64,000 nucleotides of DNA from Agathobacter rectalis. GTDB lineage: Bacteria > Bacillota > Clostridia > Oscillospirales > Acutalibacteraceae. Below the pieces are notes generated by a model that saw only the letters and a program-made list of their open reading frames with translations, was not told the DNA's origin and did not search any database. The stretch lies in the NCBI GenBank assembly GCA_963638105.1, contig CAVHPP010000009.1, positions 351-64,350 of the forward strand, read 5' to 3'. Shown here in pieces: positions 19,310-28,334 of the stretch (the first letter of the stretch is position 1; every line of letters starts with the position of its first letter). The position numbers and the translations under genes were made by a program.

Positions 19310-20653
19310 TTGCAACTGGATAGAGAAGCCCGGCAGCTTTTAGATCTGCTGGAACAGGCAGGCTACCGCGCCTATGCGGTGGGCGGCTGCGTGCGTGACG
19401 CCTGTATGGGTCGGGCGTATGCGGATATTGATCTGTGCACCTCTGCACTGCCTCGGCAGACGGAGACGGTGCTGGCAGCGGCCGGCATACGGTATATTGA
19501 GACCGGCTTACAGCACGGCACGGTCACCGCTGTTCTAAACGGCAAGACCTATGAGATTACCACCTTTCGTACAGACGGCAGCTATACGGACAGCCGCCAC
19601 CCGGACGGGGTGACCTTTGTGTCGGAGGTGGAAACGGACCTGGCGCGCCGAGATTTTACCGTCAACGCCATGGCTTACCACCCGGTGCAGGGATTGGTCG
19701 ATCCCTTTGGCGGGCAAGCGGATATGAAAGCCAAGTGCCTGCGGTGCGTGGGAGAGCCGCGCCTGCGGTTTACCGAGGACGCGCTGCGCATTCTCCGCGC
19801 CCTGCGCTTTGCCGCCGTTCTGGGCTTTACCTTGGAGGAAGAAACGGCAAAGGCTGCTTTTGAACTGAAAGAGCGGCTCCATCTGGTGTCTGCCGAGCGG
19901 ATCTATGTGGAACTGAAAAAGCTGCTCCTTGGTAATTGGGCCTTTGATGTGCTGGTGGATTATAAAGAAATCATCGGTGTGGTGGTGCCGGAGTTGGTGC
20001 CTGCCTTTGACTGTGCCCAACAAAACCCATGGCATGTGTACGATGTGTTTACCCATATTGCCAGGTCTGTGGAGGCGGCGCCTATGGACGCGGACTTGCG
20101 GTTGGTCATGCTCTTTCACGACACCGGTAAACCGGCGTGCAAAACCACGGACGAAGAAGGCATTGACCACTTTTACGGTCATCCGACTGTCAGCGAACAG
20201 CTGGCAAAAGCGGCGCTGGAACGGTTGAAAGCAAGTCGTGCCAGTATGCAGCGTATTTTGCCCCTGATCCGTTACCACGACGGTCATATTTTAACGGACG
20301 AAAAGAGTATCAAGCGTTGGCTGAACCGGCTGGGCCCGGCAGGCACGCTGGATCTGATTGATGTTAAGACGGCGGACCTGGCGGCGCAGAATTTGGCCCG
20401 TACCCAGCCGGAGATTGAGGAGCTGTACCGTACCAAGACGCTGCTGCGGGAGATCTTGGAGCGGGGCGACGCGTTCTCTTTGCGGGATCTGGCTATCGGC
20501 GGCAAGGAACTGCTGGCGCTGGGATACCGTGGCAAAGCCATCGGCGGGGCGCTGGATGCGCTGCTTTCCGGGGTGATTGCCGGAGAAGCAGAGAATGACC
20601 GGGCGGCACTGTTGCATTATTTGGCGGCGCTGAACTTGCCCAAATCAGAATAA
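19310..20653 (+). CDS. cca: CCA-adding tRNA nucleotidyltransferase
   Basis: GGCVRD motif, DIDL, RDFT.NA and a C-terminal HD-type region. TTG start. Confidence 0.88.
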   Translation: MQLDREARQLLDLLEQAGYRAYAVGGCVRDACMGRAYADIDLCTSALPRQTETVLAAAGIRYIETGLQHGTVTAVLNGKTYEITTFRTDGSYTDSRHPDGVTFVSEVETDLARRDFTVNAMAYHPVQGLVDPFGGQADMKAKCLRCVGEPRLRFTEDALRILRALRFAAVLGFTLEEETAKAAFELKERLHLVSAERIYVELKKLLLGNWAFDVLVDYKEIIGVVVPELVPAFDCAQQNPWHVYDVFTHIARSVEAAPMDADLRLVMLFHDTGKPACKTTDEEGIDHFYGHPTVSEQLAKAALERLKASRASMQRILPLIRYHDGHILTDEKSIKRWLNRLGPAGTLDLIDVKTADLAAQNLARTQPEIEELYRTKTLLREILERGDAFSLRDLAIGGKELLALGYRGKAIGGALDALLSGVIAGEAENDRAALLHYLAALNLPKSE

Positions 20654-20666
20654 TTCTTAAAAAAAT

Positions 20667-20724
20667 AAGCGGACAAACCCTTTGCGAAATTTGGCGCAAT
20701 TTTGGGGTTTGTCCGCTTTTTTTA
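20667..20724 (+). terminator. rho-independent terminator after cca
   Basis: 14-bp stem AAGCGGACAAACCC / GGGTTTGTCCGCTT with a long loop, followed by a T7 run. Confidence 0.7.
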
Positions 20725-20787
20725 TTGCCCGGATGTGACAAATTCGGCCTGCCTTGCCGGCTATACTGGGAGCAAGGGGGCGAGGGC

Positions 20788-21588
20788 TTGCAAGTGGTGT
20801 ATGTGGATGTGTTGCTGGTGGTCAATTTCTTTATGACCCTTCTGCTGTTGCTGCTGACGGCAGCGCTGACCAAGCAGCCCCGGCGTTCCGGTCGATTGTG
20901 CATAGCCGCGATGCTGGGGGCGGCGTACAGTCTGATCTTATTGGCGCCCAAGCTGCCCGCCTGGGTAGTGGTGCTCTCTAAAATCGCCGTTGCGCTGGTA
21001 CTGGTACTGGCAGCCTTTGGCTTTGGGTCTTTTAAGAAGTACCTGCGGTGTCTGCTGTGCTTCCTTGCTGCCAATTTTGTCCTGTTGGGCTTCATTGTAG
21101 GGGTGTGGTTGCTGTTTCGTCCCCGGCGTATTGTGGTCAAGAACAGCGCCGTTTATTTTGATCTGCCTGCCCGCACGCTGCTGTTGCTGGCACTGGCGGC
21201 GTATGTGCTGGCGCTGCTGATCCTGCGGCTGTATGAGAAGCACGCCGGGCGTCGGGCACTCTTAGAACTGACCATAGATACCGGGGCGCGCAAAGTGCGC
21301 TGCTTTGCTTTGGCAGACAGCGGCAACCGGTTGCGAGAACCATTCTCCGGTGCGCCGGTGATTGTGGCTCGTCGCAGTTTGTTTCCGGATACGGAAACGC
21401 CCCGGGTGATCCCGTACCAAACCGTGGGCGGCGAGGGTATGCTCACTGCCTTTCGTCCCCGGCAGGTGACAGTACATAGCGGCAAGCGACGGGGTGCAGT
21501 GGGGGAGGTGTATGTGGCGCTGAGTGATCATATCCAAAATGAAGACTACCAAGCGGTGGTCAATCCAAAAATATTTTCCTGGGAGTGA
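20788..21588 (+). CDS. spoIIGA: sigma-E processing peptidase SpoIIGA
   Basis: Five N-terminal TM segments, aspartic protease motif LADSGN, located immediately upstream of sigE. TTG at 20788 follows AAGGGGG. The track's upstream start at 20725 lacks an RBS. Confidence 0.85.
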   Translation: MQVVYVDVLLVVNFFMTLLLLLLTAALTKQPRRSGRLCIAAMLGAAYSLILLAPKLPAWVVVLSKIAVALVLVLAAFGFGSFKKYLRCLLCFLAANFVLLGFIVGVWLLFRPRRIVVKNSAVYFDLPARTLLLLALAAYVLALLILRLYEKHAGRRALLELTIDTGARKVRCFALADSGNRLREPFSGAPVIVARRSLFPDTETPRVIPYQTVGGEGMLTAFRPRQVTVHSGKRRGAVGEVYVALSDHIQNEDYQAVVNPKIFSWE

Positions 21589-21593
21589 CAAGC

Positions 21594-22295
21594 ATGTTAG
21601 CAAGAATGATAGACTGGGTGCGGCGACTGTTTCGTCGAGAGTGCCATTATATCAACGGGCCGGAGACCCTGCCGCCCCCTTTGACCCGCGAGGAGGAAGA
21701 AACGGTGATGAACGAACTGCGGGCGGGGGACAACACCCATCGGGAGCTTTTGGTGGTGCGCAATCTGCGGCTGGTGGTGTACATTGCCAAGAAGTTTGAC
21801 AGCTGCCAAACCGCCACGGAGGATTTGGTGAGTATCGGCACCATCGGGCTGATGAAAGCGGTGCGCACCTTTGATCCCAATAAGAATATTAAGCTGGCCA
21901 CTTACGCCTCTCGCTGCATTGAAAATGAAATCCTCATGCACCTGCGAAAGGTGTCCAATATGAAAACGGAAATGAGCTTTGATGAACCGCTTTCTGTGGA
22001 CTGGGACGGCAATGAATTGACCTTGAGCGATGTGCTGGGTACAGAGCCGGACGCAGTGTCGGAGCTCTTAGAGGACGACGACGAAAAGCGGCTGCTGCGT
22101 GGAATTGTTCGGCGCTTGCCGGAGAAAGAACAGCGACTGATGGTGCAGCGGTTCGGTTTGTTCGGCGCTCGGGTACATACCCAAAAGCAGTTAGCGGATC
22201 AAATGGGCATTTCTCAGTCTTATATTTCTCGGCTGGAAAAGCGTATTTTATCAAAGATCCGCAAGGAAATGCAGCGGGAATGTGCCAAATCGTAG
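21594..22295 (+). CDS. sigE: sporulation sigma factor SigE (pro-sigma-E)
   Basis: Pro-sequence followed by YI.G.E.LPPPL. Regions 2-4 of a sigma-70 family protein ([20 protein letters not shown]). GGGAG RBS lies 8 nt upstream. Confidence 0.92.
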   Translation: MLARMIDWVRRLFRRECHYINGPETLPPPLTREEEETVMNELRAGDNTHRELLVVRNLRLVVYIAKKFDSCQTATEDLVSIGTIGLMKAVRTFDPNKNIKLATYASRCIENEILMHLRKVSNMKTEMSFDEPLSVDWDGNELTLSDVLGTEPDAVSELLEDDDEKRLLRGIVRRLPEKEQRLMVQRFGLFGARVHTQKQLADQMGISQSYISRLEKRILSKIRKEMQRECAKS

Positions 22296-22324
22296 TTGAC
22301 AAACGGTCGCGTTTGTGGTACTCT
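22296..22324 (+). promoter_or_regulatory. promoter of the 5S rRNA gene (TTGACA-17 nt-TACTCT with a TG extended -10)
   Basis: Perfect -35 hexamer starts 1 nt after the sigE stop. TGG lies immediately before the -10 hexamer. The predicted start is within a few nt of the 5S 5' end. Confidence 0.6.
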
Positions 22325-22333
22325 ATCTTACGC

Positions 22334-22450
22334 AGTCGGTGCTGATTGTGATGAGGGTCCACCCGTTCCCATCCCGAACACGGTAGTTAAGCTCATTCAC
22401 GCTGACAATACTCGGAGGGCGACTTCCCGGGAAGATAAGTAGTGCCGACA
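22334..22450 (+). rRNA. rrf: 5S ribosomal RNA, free-standing copy
   Basis: Conserved loop C/helix III core CCACCCGUUCCCAUCCCGAACACGG and AGUUAAGC. Terminal helix GUCGGUGC.../...GUGCCGAC. About 117 nt. Confidence 0.85.
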
Positions 22451-22456
22451 TAAAAA

Positions 22457-22493
22457 CACGGTCCGTAGACAAAGCTATGGACCGTGTTTTTTT
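22457..22493. terminator. bidirectional terminator between the 5S rRNA gene and the convergent DUF378 gene
   Basis: Stem CACGGTCC / GGACCGTG flanked by A5 on the left and T7 on the right. Confidence 0.8.
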
Positions 22494-22497
22494 GCGC

Positions 22498-22707
22498 TTA
22501 TTCCTCTGTGATCTTGCCCTTGCCAAACAGCAAGCTAATACACCACACGGCAGCCAGACCCACAATGGCATAGATAATCCGAGCAAAGATTGCGTCCTGC
22601 CCGCCGCAGATCCACGCCACAATGTCAAACTTGAACAGCCCGATGCTGCCCCAGTTGATCCCGCCGATAATGGTTAGGATCAGTGCAATATTGTTGAGTA
22701 CACGCAT
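22498..22707 (-). CDS. DUF378-family small membrane protein
   Basis: The ALILTIIGGINWGSIGLF motif is characteristic of DUF378. GGAGA RBS lies before the Met at 22707. Confidence 0.8.
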   Translation of the reverse strand: MRVLNNIALILTIIGGINWGSIGLFKFDIVAWICGGQDAIFARIIYAIVGLAAVWCISLLFGKGKITEE

Positions 22708-22720
22708 AAATTTCATCTCC

Positions 22721-22761
22721 AAAAAATTAAGTCATTGCTATCTTTCCCATAGCAATGACTT
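22721..22761 (-). terminator. rho-independent terminator after manA
   Basis: 13-bp perfect stem AAGTCATTGCTAT / ATAGCAATGACTT, followed on the minus strand by AATTTTTT. Confidence 0.8.
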
Positions 22762-22786
22762 TTTATGCGTGTTGTTGTATTTTCGA

Positions 22787-23740
22787 TTAAATAGAAGTGA
22801 CAAGCATTTCTAATTGACCGCTGACGGCAAAGTTGTCGTACCCGGCAGGCACCAGGAAGCTGTCGCCTTTTTGCAACAAACGGCCGTCAATGGTGCCGTT
22901 GCCGTCGGTGACTAAGATGTGCTGAAAACTCTCTGTACCGGCAGCCAGCTGTACCGTGTCGCTGACAGCATAATGATAAACGGTGAACAGTGGGCAACGC
23001 GCCAGCAGTTGCCGGCTGCCGCCGCCTACATCTTCTTTTTGCCCCATGGGCTGCGTATCATATTTGGGCGGCTCCGGCACGGCTACATCCAGCGCTTTGG
23101 CCACATGCAGCTCCCGGGGCTTGCCGTCTGCGCCCCGCCTGTCATAGTCGTACACCCGGTAGGTCACATTGCTGTTTTGCTGAATTTCGGCGATCAGCGC
23201 GCCCTTGCCGATGGCGTGCACCGTGCCCGCTTCTATAAAGAATACATCGCCCTTGTGAATATCTACATGGTTGAGCACCTGTGGCAGCGTGTTGTTCTCA
23301 ATGGCGGCTTTGAATGCTTCCTTGCTGATCTTCTCCTTAAAGCCATAGATCAGCTGGGCACCGGGGGCTGCGTCCAGTACATACCACATCTCGGTCTTGC
23401 CGAATTCGTTTTCCACACGGCGGGCATAGTCGTCATCCGGGTGCACTTGAATAGACAGGTTGTCCTTGGCGTCAATCAGCTTAATGAGCACCGGAAAATA
23501 GGGAAATCGGGCGGCGTTGGTGCCGCAAAGCGCTTCTTTGCCCACAGACTCTACCACCTGCTCCAAAGGCTGACCGTCATAGCTGCCGCCGTCGATGGTG
23601 TTCATACCCGCCTGGTGGCAGGCAAGCATCCAACCCTCTGCCAATTTGGGCAGGTCACTTTGAAACCCAAAGTCCTCTCGCAGGCGCTGACCGCCCCAAA
23701 TATAATCCTTAAAGATGGGCTGTAATTTTAAAATCTCCAT
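22787..23740 (-). CDS. manA: class I mannose-6-phosphate isomerase
   Basis: KDYIWGG N-terminal motif, zinc-site motif LSIQVHPDD, VHAIG. Start chosen at MEILKLQP, preceded by AGAGGAAA. Confidence 0.9.
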   Translation of the reverse strand: MEILKLQPIFKDYIWGGQRLREDFGFQSDLPKLAEGWMLACHQAGMNTIDGGSYDGQPLEQVVESVGKEALCGTNAARFPYFPVLIKLIDAKDNLSIQVHPDDDYARRVENEFGKTEMWYVLDAAPGAQLIYGFKEKISKEAFKAAIENNTLPQVLNHVDIHKGDVFFIEAGTVHAIGKGALIAEIQQNSNVTYRVYDYDRRGADGKPRELHVAKALDVAVPEPPKYDTQPMGQKEDVGGGSRQLLARCPLFTVYHYAVSDTVQLAAGTESFQHILVTDGNGTIDGRLLQKGDSFLVPAGYDNFAVSGQLEMLVTSI

Positions 23741-23860
23741 AGTTGTTTCCTCTGTTTTCATTGATTTCTCAGATATAATAACAAAAAAGGACTTCACTTT
23801 CAAGCCGGGATAGTGTAAAATATGGGCAAATCTATTTTACAAACTGGGAGGTGGGCGCCT

Positions 23861-25765
23861 GTGGCCGTTTTAGATGTACAAAACTTAACCTTGTCTTTTG
23901 GGGAGCGCACACTGTTTGCCGGTGTGTCTTTCTCCATCAAAGAGCGGGAGAAAGTGGGCTTTGTTGGCGCCAACGGCGTGGGTAAGACCTCGCTGTTTAA
24001 GGTGATCTGCGGCGACTACACGCCGGACAGCGGCGGCGCCTTTCTCTCTAAAAATTGTAAGCTGGGCTATATGGAGCAGCACACCTGCTCCGCCGGCAAT
24101 ACTGTGTGGAACGAACTGGTCAGCGTGTTTGCGCCGTTAATGGAACTGGAGCGCCAACTGGAGGAAGTGGGCGCGCGCCTGCGCAGCGGGCAAGGGGACA
24201 CAGCGGCGGATATTGCCCTGCAAGACCGTTTGACAGAGCAGTTCCAGCGGGAGGGCGGCCTGACTTATAAATCCATGACCCGCTCGGCGCTGCTGGGGCT
24301 GGGCTTTACGGAAATGCAGTTTGATATGTCCACGGACAAGCTGTCCGGCGGACAGAAGTCTAAGTTGATTTTGGCAAAGCTGCTGCTGTCCAAGGCAGAC
24401 TTTTTGCTGCTGGACGAACCTACCAACCACCTGGATATTCACGCGGTGGAGTGGTTGGAGAGCTTTCTTTCCGATTTTAAGGGCGCCTGCCTGATTGTGT
24501 CCCACGATCGCTATTTCCTGGATCGTATTACGGACAAAACCATTGAACTGGAAAATCAGAAGATCCGCTGCTTTAGCGGCAACTACTCTGTTTTTTTGCA
24601 AAAAAAGGCGGCGGAGCAAAAGGCCATTGCCGAGAAGTACGACAATGATATGAAGGAGATCGCCCGCCTGGAGGGCATTATTGCCCAGCAACGGCAGTGG
24701 AATCGGGAGAAGAATATTAAAACGGCCGAGAGCAAGGAAAAGGTGATCCAGCGTATTCGTGACCAATTGGTCGTGCCGGACGCCAAGTTGCAGAAAATCC
24801 GCTTTGACTTTACCCCCAAGTGCGTTAGCGGTGAGGATGTGCTCAGCTGCGACGGTTTGTCTAAGTCCTTTGATGGCAAAGCGCTGTTCCGTGATGTGTC
24901 CTTTGATATTAAGCGGCAGGAGCGGGTGTTCCTGCTGGGGGATAACGGCTGCGGTAAGACCACGCTGCTTAAAATTCTCACCGGCGAATACCCTCGCCAG
25001 GACGGCACTTTTCGCTTTGGAAGCAACTTACTCACCGGCTACTTTGACCAGGTGCAGGCCAAGCTGGACCTGACTAAAACGGTGATCGGCGAGGTGTGGG
25101 ATACCTTTCCCCAAATGACAGAGACCCGGGTGCGCAATGCGTTGGCGGCGTTTCTGTTTAAGGGAGAAGAGGTGTATCGGCCTTTGTCCGTGTGTTCCGG
25201 CGGTGAGCGTGCTCGTGTGGCACTGCTAAAGTTGATGCTGGGCGGCTATAACTTCCTGCTGCTGGACGAGCCCACCAACCACTTGGACGCAGCCTCACGG
25301 GAAGAACTGGAAAATACGCTGCTTCATTATGACGGCACCATGCTCATTGTGTCCCACGACCGATATTTTATCAATAAGCTGGCTACCCGGGTGCTGGAGC
25401 TGACGCCCACCGGGGTACAAAGCTATACCGGCAATTACGACGACTATATGGCCCATCGTGCGGTCACACAGCAAGGGACAGCTGCCGTTAAAGAAAAACC
25501 AAAGACCAATTCTTATAAAGAGCAAAAGGAGCGGGCCTCCCGTCTGCGCAAGCTGCGCACCGCCGTTACCCGACTGGAAGCGGAGATTGAGGAAACGGAG
25601 ACGGAAATCGAGGAACTGCAAGCGCAGCTGTCTGCCGGTGCGGACTACCAAGCGCTGATGGACCTAACTGCTAAGCTGGACGCAGCCACCGCCCGCAGAG
25701 ACGATCTGTACGCCCGGTGGGAGAATGCAAGCGAGGAACTGTCCGCCGGTGAGGAAGAAGTATGA
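23861..25765 (+). CDS. ABC-F family ATPase (two ABC domains, no TM domain)
   Basis: Two Walker A motifs (GANGVGKT, GDNGCGKT), two LSGG signatures (LSGGQKS, CSGGERA) and a C-terminal coiled coil. GTG at 23861 follows GGGAGGTG. Confidence 0.9.
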   Translation: MAVLDVQNLTLSFGERTLFAGVSFSIKEREKVGFVGANGVGKTSLFKVICGDYTPDSGGAFLSKNCKLGYMEQHTCSAGNTVWNELVSVFAPLMELERQLEEVGARLRSGQGDTAADIALQDRLTEQFQREGGLTYKSMTRSALLGLGFTEMQFDMSTDKLSGGQKSKLILAKLLLSKADFLLLDEPTNHLDIHAVEWLESFLSDFKGACLIVSHDRYFLDRITDKTIELENQKIRCFSGNYSVFLQKKAAEQKAIAEKYDNDMKEIARLEGIIAQQRQWNREKNIKTAESKEKVIQRIRDQLVVPDAKLQKIRFDFTPKCVSGEDVLSCDGLSKSFDGKALFRDVSFDIKRQERVFLLGDNGCGKTTLLKILTGEYPRQDGTFRFGSNLLTGYFDQVQAKLDLTKTVIGEVWDTFPQMTETRVRNALAAFLFKGEEVYRPLSVCSGGERARVALLKLMLGGYNFLLLDEPTNHLDAASREELENTLLHYDGTMLIVSHDRYFINKLATRVLELTPTGVQSYTGNYDDYMAHRAVTQQGTAAVKEKPKTNSYKEQKERASRLRKLRTAVTRLEAEIEETETEIEELQAQLSAGADYQALMDLTAKLDAATARRDDLYARWENASEELSAGEEEV

Positions 25766-26994
25766 GTGAACCAAAAATTGTCATCGGCGCCGGTGCTGCC
25801 GGGCTGACCGCCGCGGCTGTGTGTGCCGAGGGGGGCAGCCGTGTGCTGCTGATTGAAAAAATGGAGCGTCCCGGGCGCAAACTGCGCATTACCGGCAAAG
25901 GGCGCTGCAATGTGACCAATGCGACCTTTGACCTGCAAGGGCTGTTGGAGCACATTCCTACCAATCCGCGGTTTTTGTATTCCGCCTTTTCTCATTTTAT
26001 GCCCTATGATACCATCGCTTTGATAGAGGATTTGGGCGTGCCTACTAAGATTGAGCGGGGGGAGCGGGTATTTCCGGTATCGGATAACGCAACGGATATT
26101 GTGGACGCCTTGGTGCGCCGTGCCAAAAAAGCCGGTGTGCAGTTCCTGCAAGGCACGGTGGAGCGGCTGGAATTGACCGAGGACGGTCGGCGGGTACAGG
26201 CGGTGCACCTGACCGACGGCCGCCGCTTGACCTGCGACAGCGTGGCGGTTTGTACCGGCGGGTGCAGCTATCCGGCCACCGGCTCTACCGGCGACGGCTA
26301 TACCTTTGCTCGTCAGTGCGGCCACACCATTGTGCCCATTCGCCCGGCGTTGGTGCCTTTGGTGTGTGATAATAATTTTATCCCGGAGCTGCAAGGGCTG
26401 AGCCTGCGGAATATTGAAATTCGGGTGACCCAAGGAAACAAGGAAGTCTATACGGATTTCGGCGAAATGCTGTTTACCCACTATGGGGTTAGCGGACCGG
26501 TGGTGCTCTCTGCCTCCAGCCATTTGACACAGCCGGAGCGGGGGGTGTATAATCTGCATATCGACTTAAAGCCCGCGCTGGCCTTTGATGTACTGGATCG
26601 GCGGGTGCAGCGGGACTTTTCCGCGTTGCAAAATAAAGATTTGATCAACGCCTTGGGTGGGCTGCTGCCCCGGAAGCTGATTCCGGTATTTGTACGCCGC
26701 AGCGGGCTGGAACCGGGCAAGAAGGTCAATCAGATCAGTCGGGAGGAGCGCCACGCGTTGGTACGGCTGATGAAGGACTTTGCCGTGCATATCACCGGCT
26801 TTCGCCCGGTGGAGGAGGCCATTGTTACCGCCGGGGGCGTAGATGTGCGCCAGGTGTTGCCAAAGACTATGGGCTCCAAGTTGGTGGAAAATTTGTACTT
26901 TGCCGGTGAGGTGCTGGATGTGGACGGCTACACCGGCGGGTTTAATTTGCAGATCGCCTTTTCCACCGGCACTTTGTGCGGCCAAAACCTGTAA
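25762..26994 (+). CDS. NAD(P)/FAD-dependent oxidoreductase, HI0933/YhiN (BaiN-like) family
   Basis: N-terminal dinucleotide fold IVIGAGAAGLTAA, GKGRCN motif and C-terminal GGFNLQ.A..TG, all typical of this family. Confidence 0.85.
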   Translation: MSEPKIVIGAGAAGLTAAAVCAEGGSRVLLIEKMERPGRKLRITGKGRCNVTNATFDLQGLLEHIPTNPRFLYSAFSHFMPYDTIALIEDLGVPTKIERGERVFPVSDNATDIVDALVRRAKKAGVQFLQGTVERLELTEDGRRVQAVHLTDGRRLTCDSVAVCTGGCSYPATGSTGDGYTFARQCGHTIVPIRPALVPLVCDNNFIPELQGLSLRNIEIRVTQGNKEVYTDFGEMLFTHYGVSGPVVLSASSHLTQPERGVYNLHIDLKPALAFDVLDRRVQRDFSALQNKDLINALGGLLPRKLIPVFVRRSGLEPGKKVNQISREERHALVRLMKDFAVHITGFRPVEEAIVTAGGVDVRQVLPKTMGSKLVENLYFAGEVLDVDGYTGGFNLQIAFSTGTLCGQNL

Positions 26995-27015
26995 TTCTAA
27001 AAGGGGGATTTTTTT

Positions 27016-27681
27016 ATGATGATCAATGTTGCCATTGACGGACCTGCCGGCGCAGGCAAGTCCACCATCGCCAAGGCGGCAGCCAAGGCGCTGGGCTATA
27101 TTTATGTGGACACCGGTGCGCTGTATCGCACGGTGGCGCTGGGCGCGGTGCGCGCCGGCGTCTTAGAATCGGACGACGGCATTGCTGCGTTGCTGCCAAA
27201 TTTGCAGGTGGAATTGAAGTTTGTGGACGGCAGCCAGCATGTATACCTGAACGGAGAAGATGTGTCCGATCTGATTCGCACGCCGGAGATTAGTATGGGC
27301 GCGTCCAAGGTCAGCGCCGTGCCTGCGGTGCGGGCGTTCCTGTTAGACTTGCAGCGAGATTTAGCGAAGAAAAACAATGTAATTATGGATGGTCGGGATA
27401 TTGCCACCGTGGTGTTGCCCAATGCCCAGGTAAAGATCTTTTTGTCCGCTACGCCGGAGTGCCGCGCTCGTCGCCGGTACAAGGAACTGGTGGAAAAGGG
27501 ACAGACGGTGACCTATGAAGATGTGCTGGCGGATGTGAACCGCCGGGACTACCAGGACAGCCACCGGGAGATCGCCCCGCTGAAACCCTCTGCCGACAGC
27601 ATTATGGCGGATACCTCAGAGCTGGACTTGCAGCAGTCCACCGACCTCATCATCAATATCATTCGGGAGCATACAAAATGA
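27016..27681 (+). CDS. cmk: cytidylate kinase
   Basis: IAIDGPAGAGKST P-loop, YVDTGALYR, GRDIATVV. Confidence 0.93.
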   Translation: MMINVAIDGPAGAGKSTIAKAAAKALGYIYVDTGALYRTVALGAVRAGVLESDDGIAALLPNLQVELKFVDGSQHVYLNGEDVSDLIRTPEISMGASKVSAVPAVRAFLLDLQRDLAKKNNVIMDGRDIATVVLPNAQVKIFLSATPECRARRRYKELVEKGQTVTYEDVLADVNRRDYQDSHREIAPLKPSADSIMADTSELDLQQSTDLIINIIREHTK

Positions 27682-28334
27682 AAGAATTTGACTACACCCA
27701 GGTAAAACATTACAAAACCTACGGCTTCATCAAGACCGTATTCCGCCCGCTGGTGAAGCTGGTGTACAAAATGCGCTTTAAGGGGCTGGAGAACATTCCC
27801 AAGGGTCGCACCAATTATATTGTGGCCATCAATCACACCTGCGCGGTTGACCCGGTGTTTGTGGCGTTACCTAAGGAGGTGCCGCCTCTGCATTTTATGG
27901 CCAAGGCGGAACTGTTTAAAAATCCCATTGCCGCTTGGTTTATGACACGGATGTACGCCTTCCCGGTGCGCCGGGGTAAGGGCGATACCTCTGCTATTGA
28001 CTACGGCGTGAAAATCATAGAGGAAAATCATGTGATGGCCATTTGTCCGGAGGGTCGCCGCATTAAGGATAAGGACGGTGTGCCCCAAAAGGCCAAGGCC
28101 GGTGTGGCGGTGATCGCCAAGGCCACAGGCGCCGATGTGCTACCGGTGGCCATTTGCTGCGACGGCAAAATCAAAGCGGGCAAGCAGGTGACCGTGCGCT
28201 ACGGTAAGCTGCTGACCCAGGCAGACCTGGGGCTGGATCGAGAAGAACTGGGTCCCCACGATATTAAGGACGCTGCCGGTAAGGTGATGGACGCCATTAC
28301 CGCCCTGTGGGAGGACGAGAGAGCGTGCAAATAA
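27678..28334 (+). CDS. plsC: 1-acyl-sn-glycerol-3-phosphate acyltransferase
   Basis: HX4D motif (NHTCAVD), FPV.RG, CPEGRR. Confidence 0.85.
   Translation: MKEFDYTQVKHYKTYGFIKTVFRPLVKLVYKMRFKGLENIPKGRTNYIVAINHTCAVDPVFVALPKEVPPLHFMAKAELFKNPIAAWFMTRMYAFPVRRGKGDTSAIDYGVKIIEENHVMAICPEGRRIKDKDGVPQKAKAGVAVIAKATGADVLPVAICCDGKIKAGKQVTVRYGKLLTQADLGLDREELGPHDIKDAAGKVMDAITALWEDERACK

Noticed and set aside
22323-22628. 101-aa minus-strand ORF spanning the 5S rRNA gene and the terminator.
   Set aside because: It overlaps a well-supported structural RNA and a terminator hairpin as well as the DUF378 gene in another frame. This is an ORF-finder artefact.
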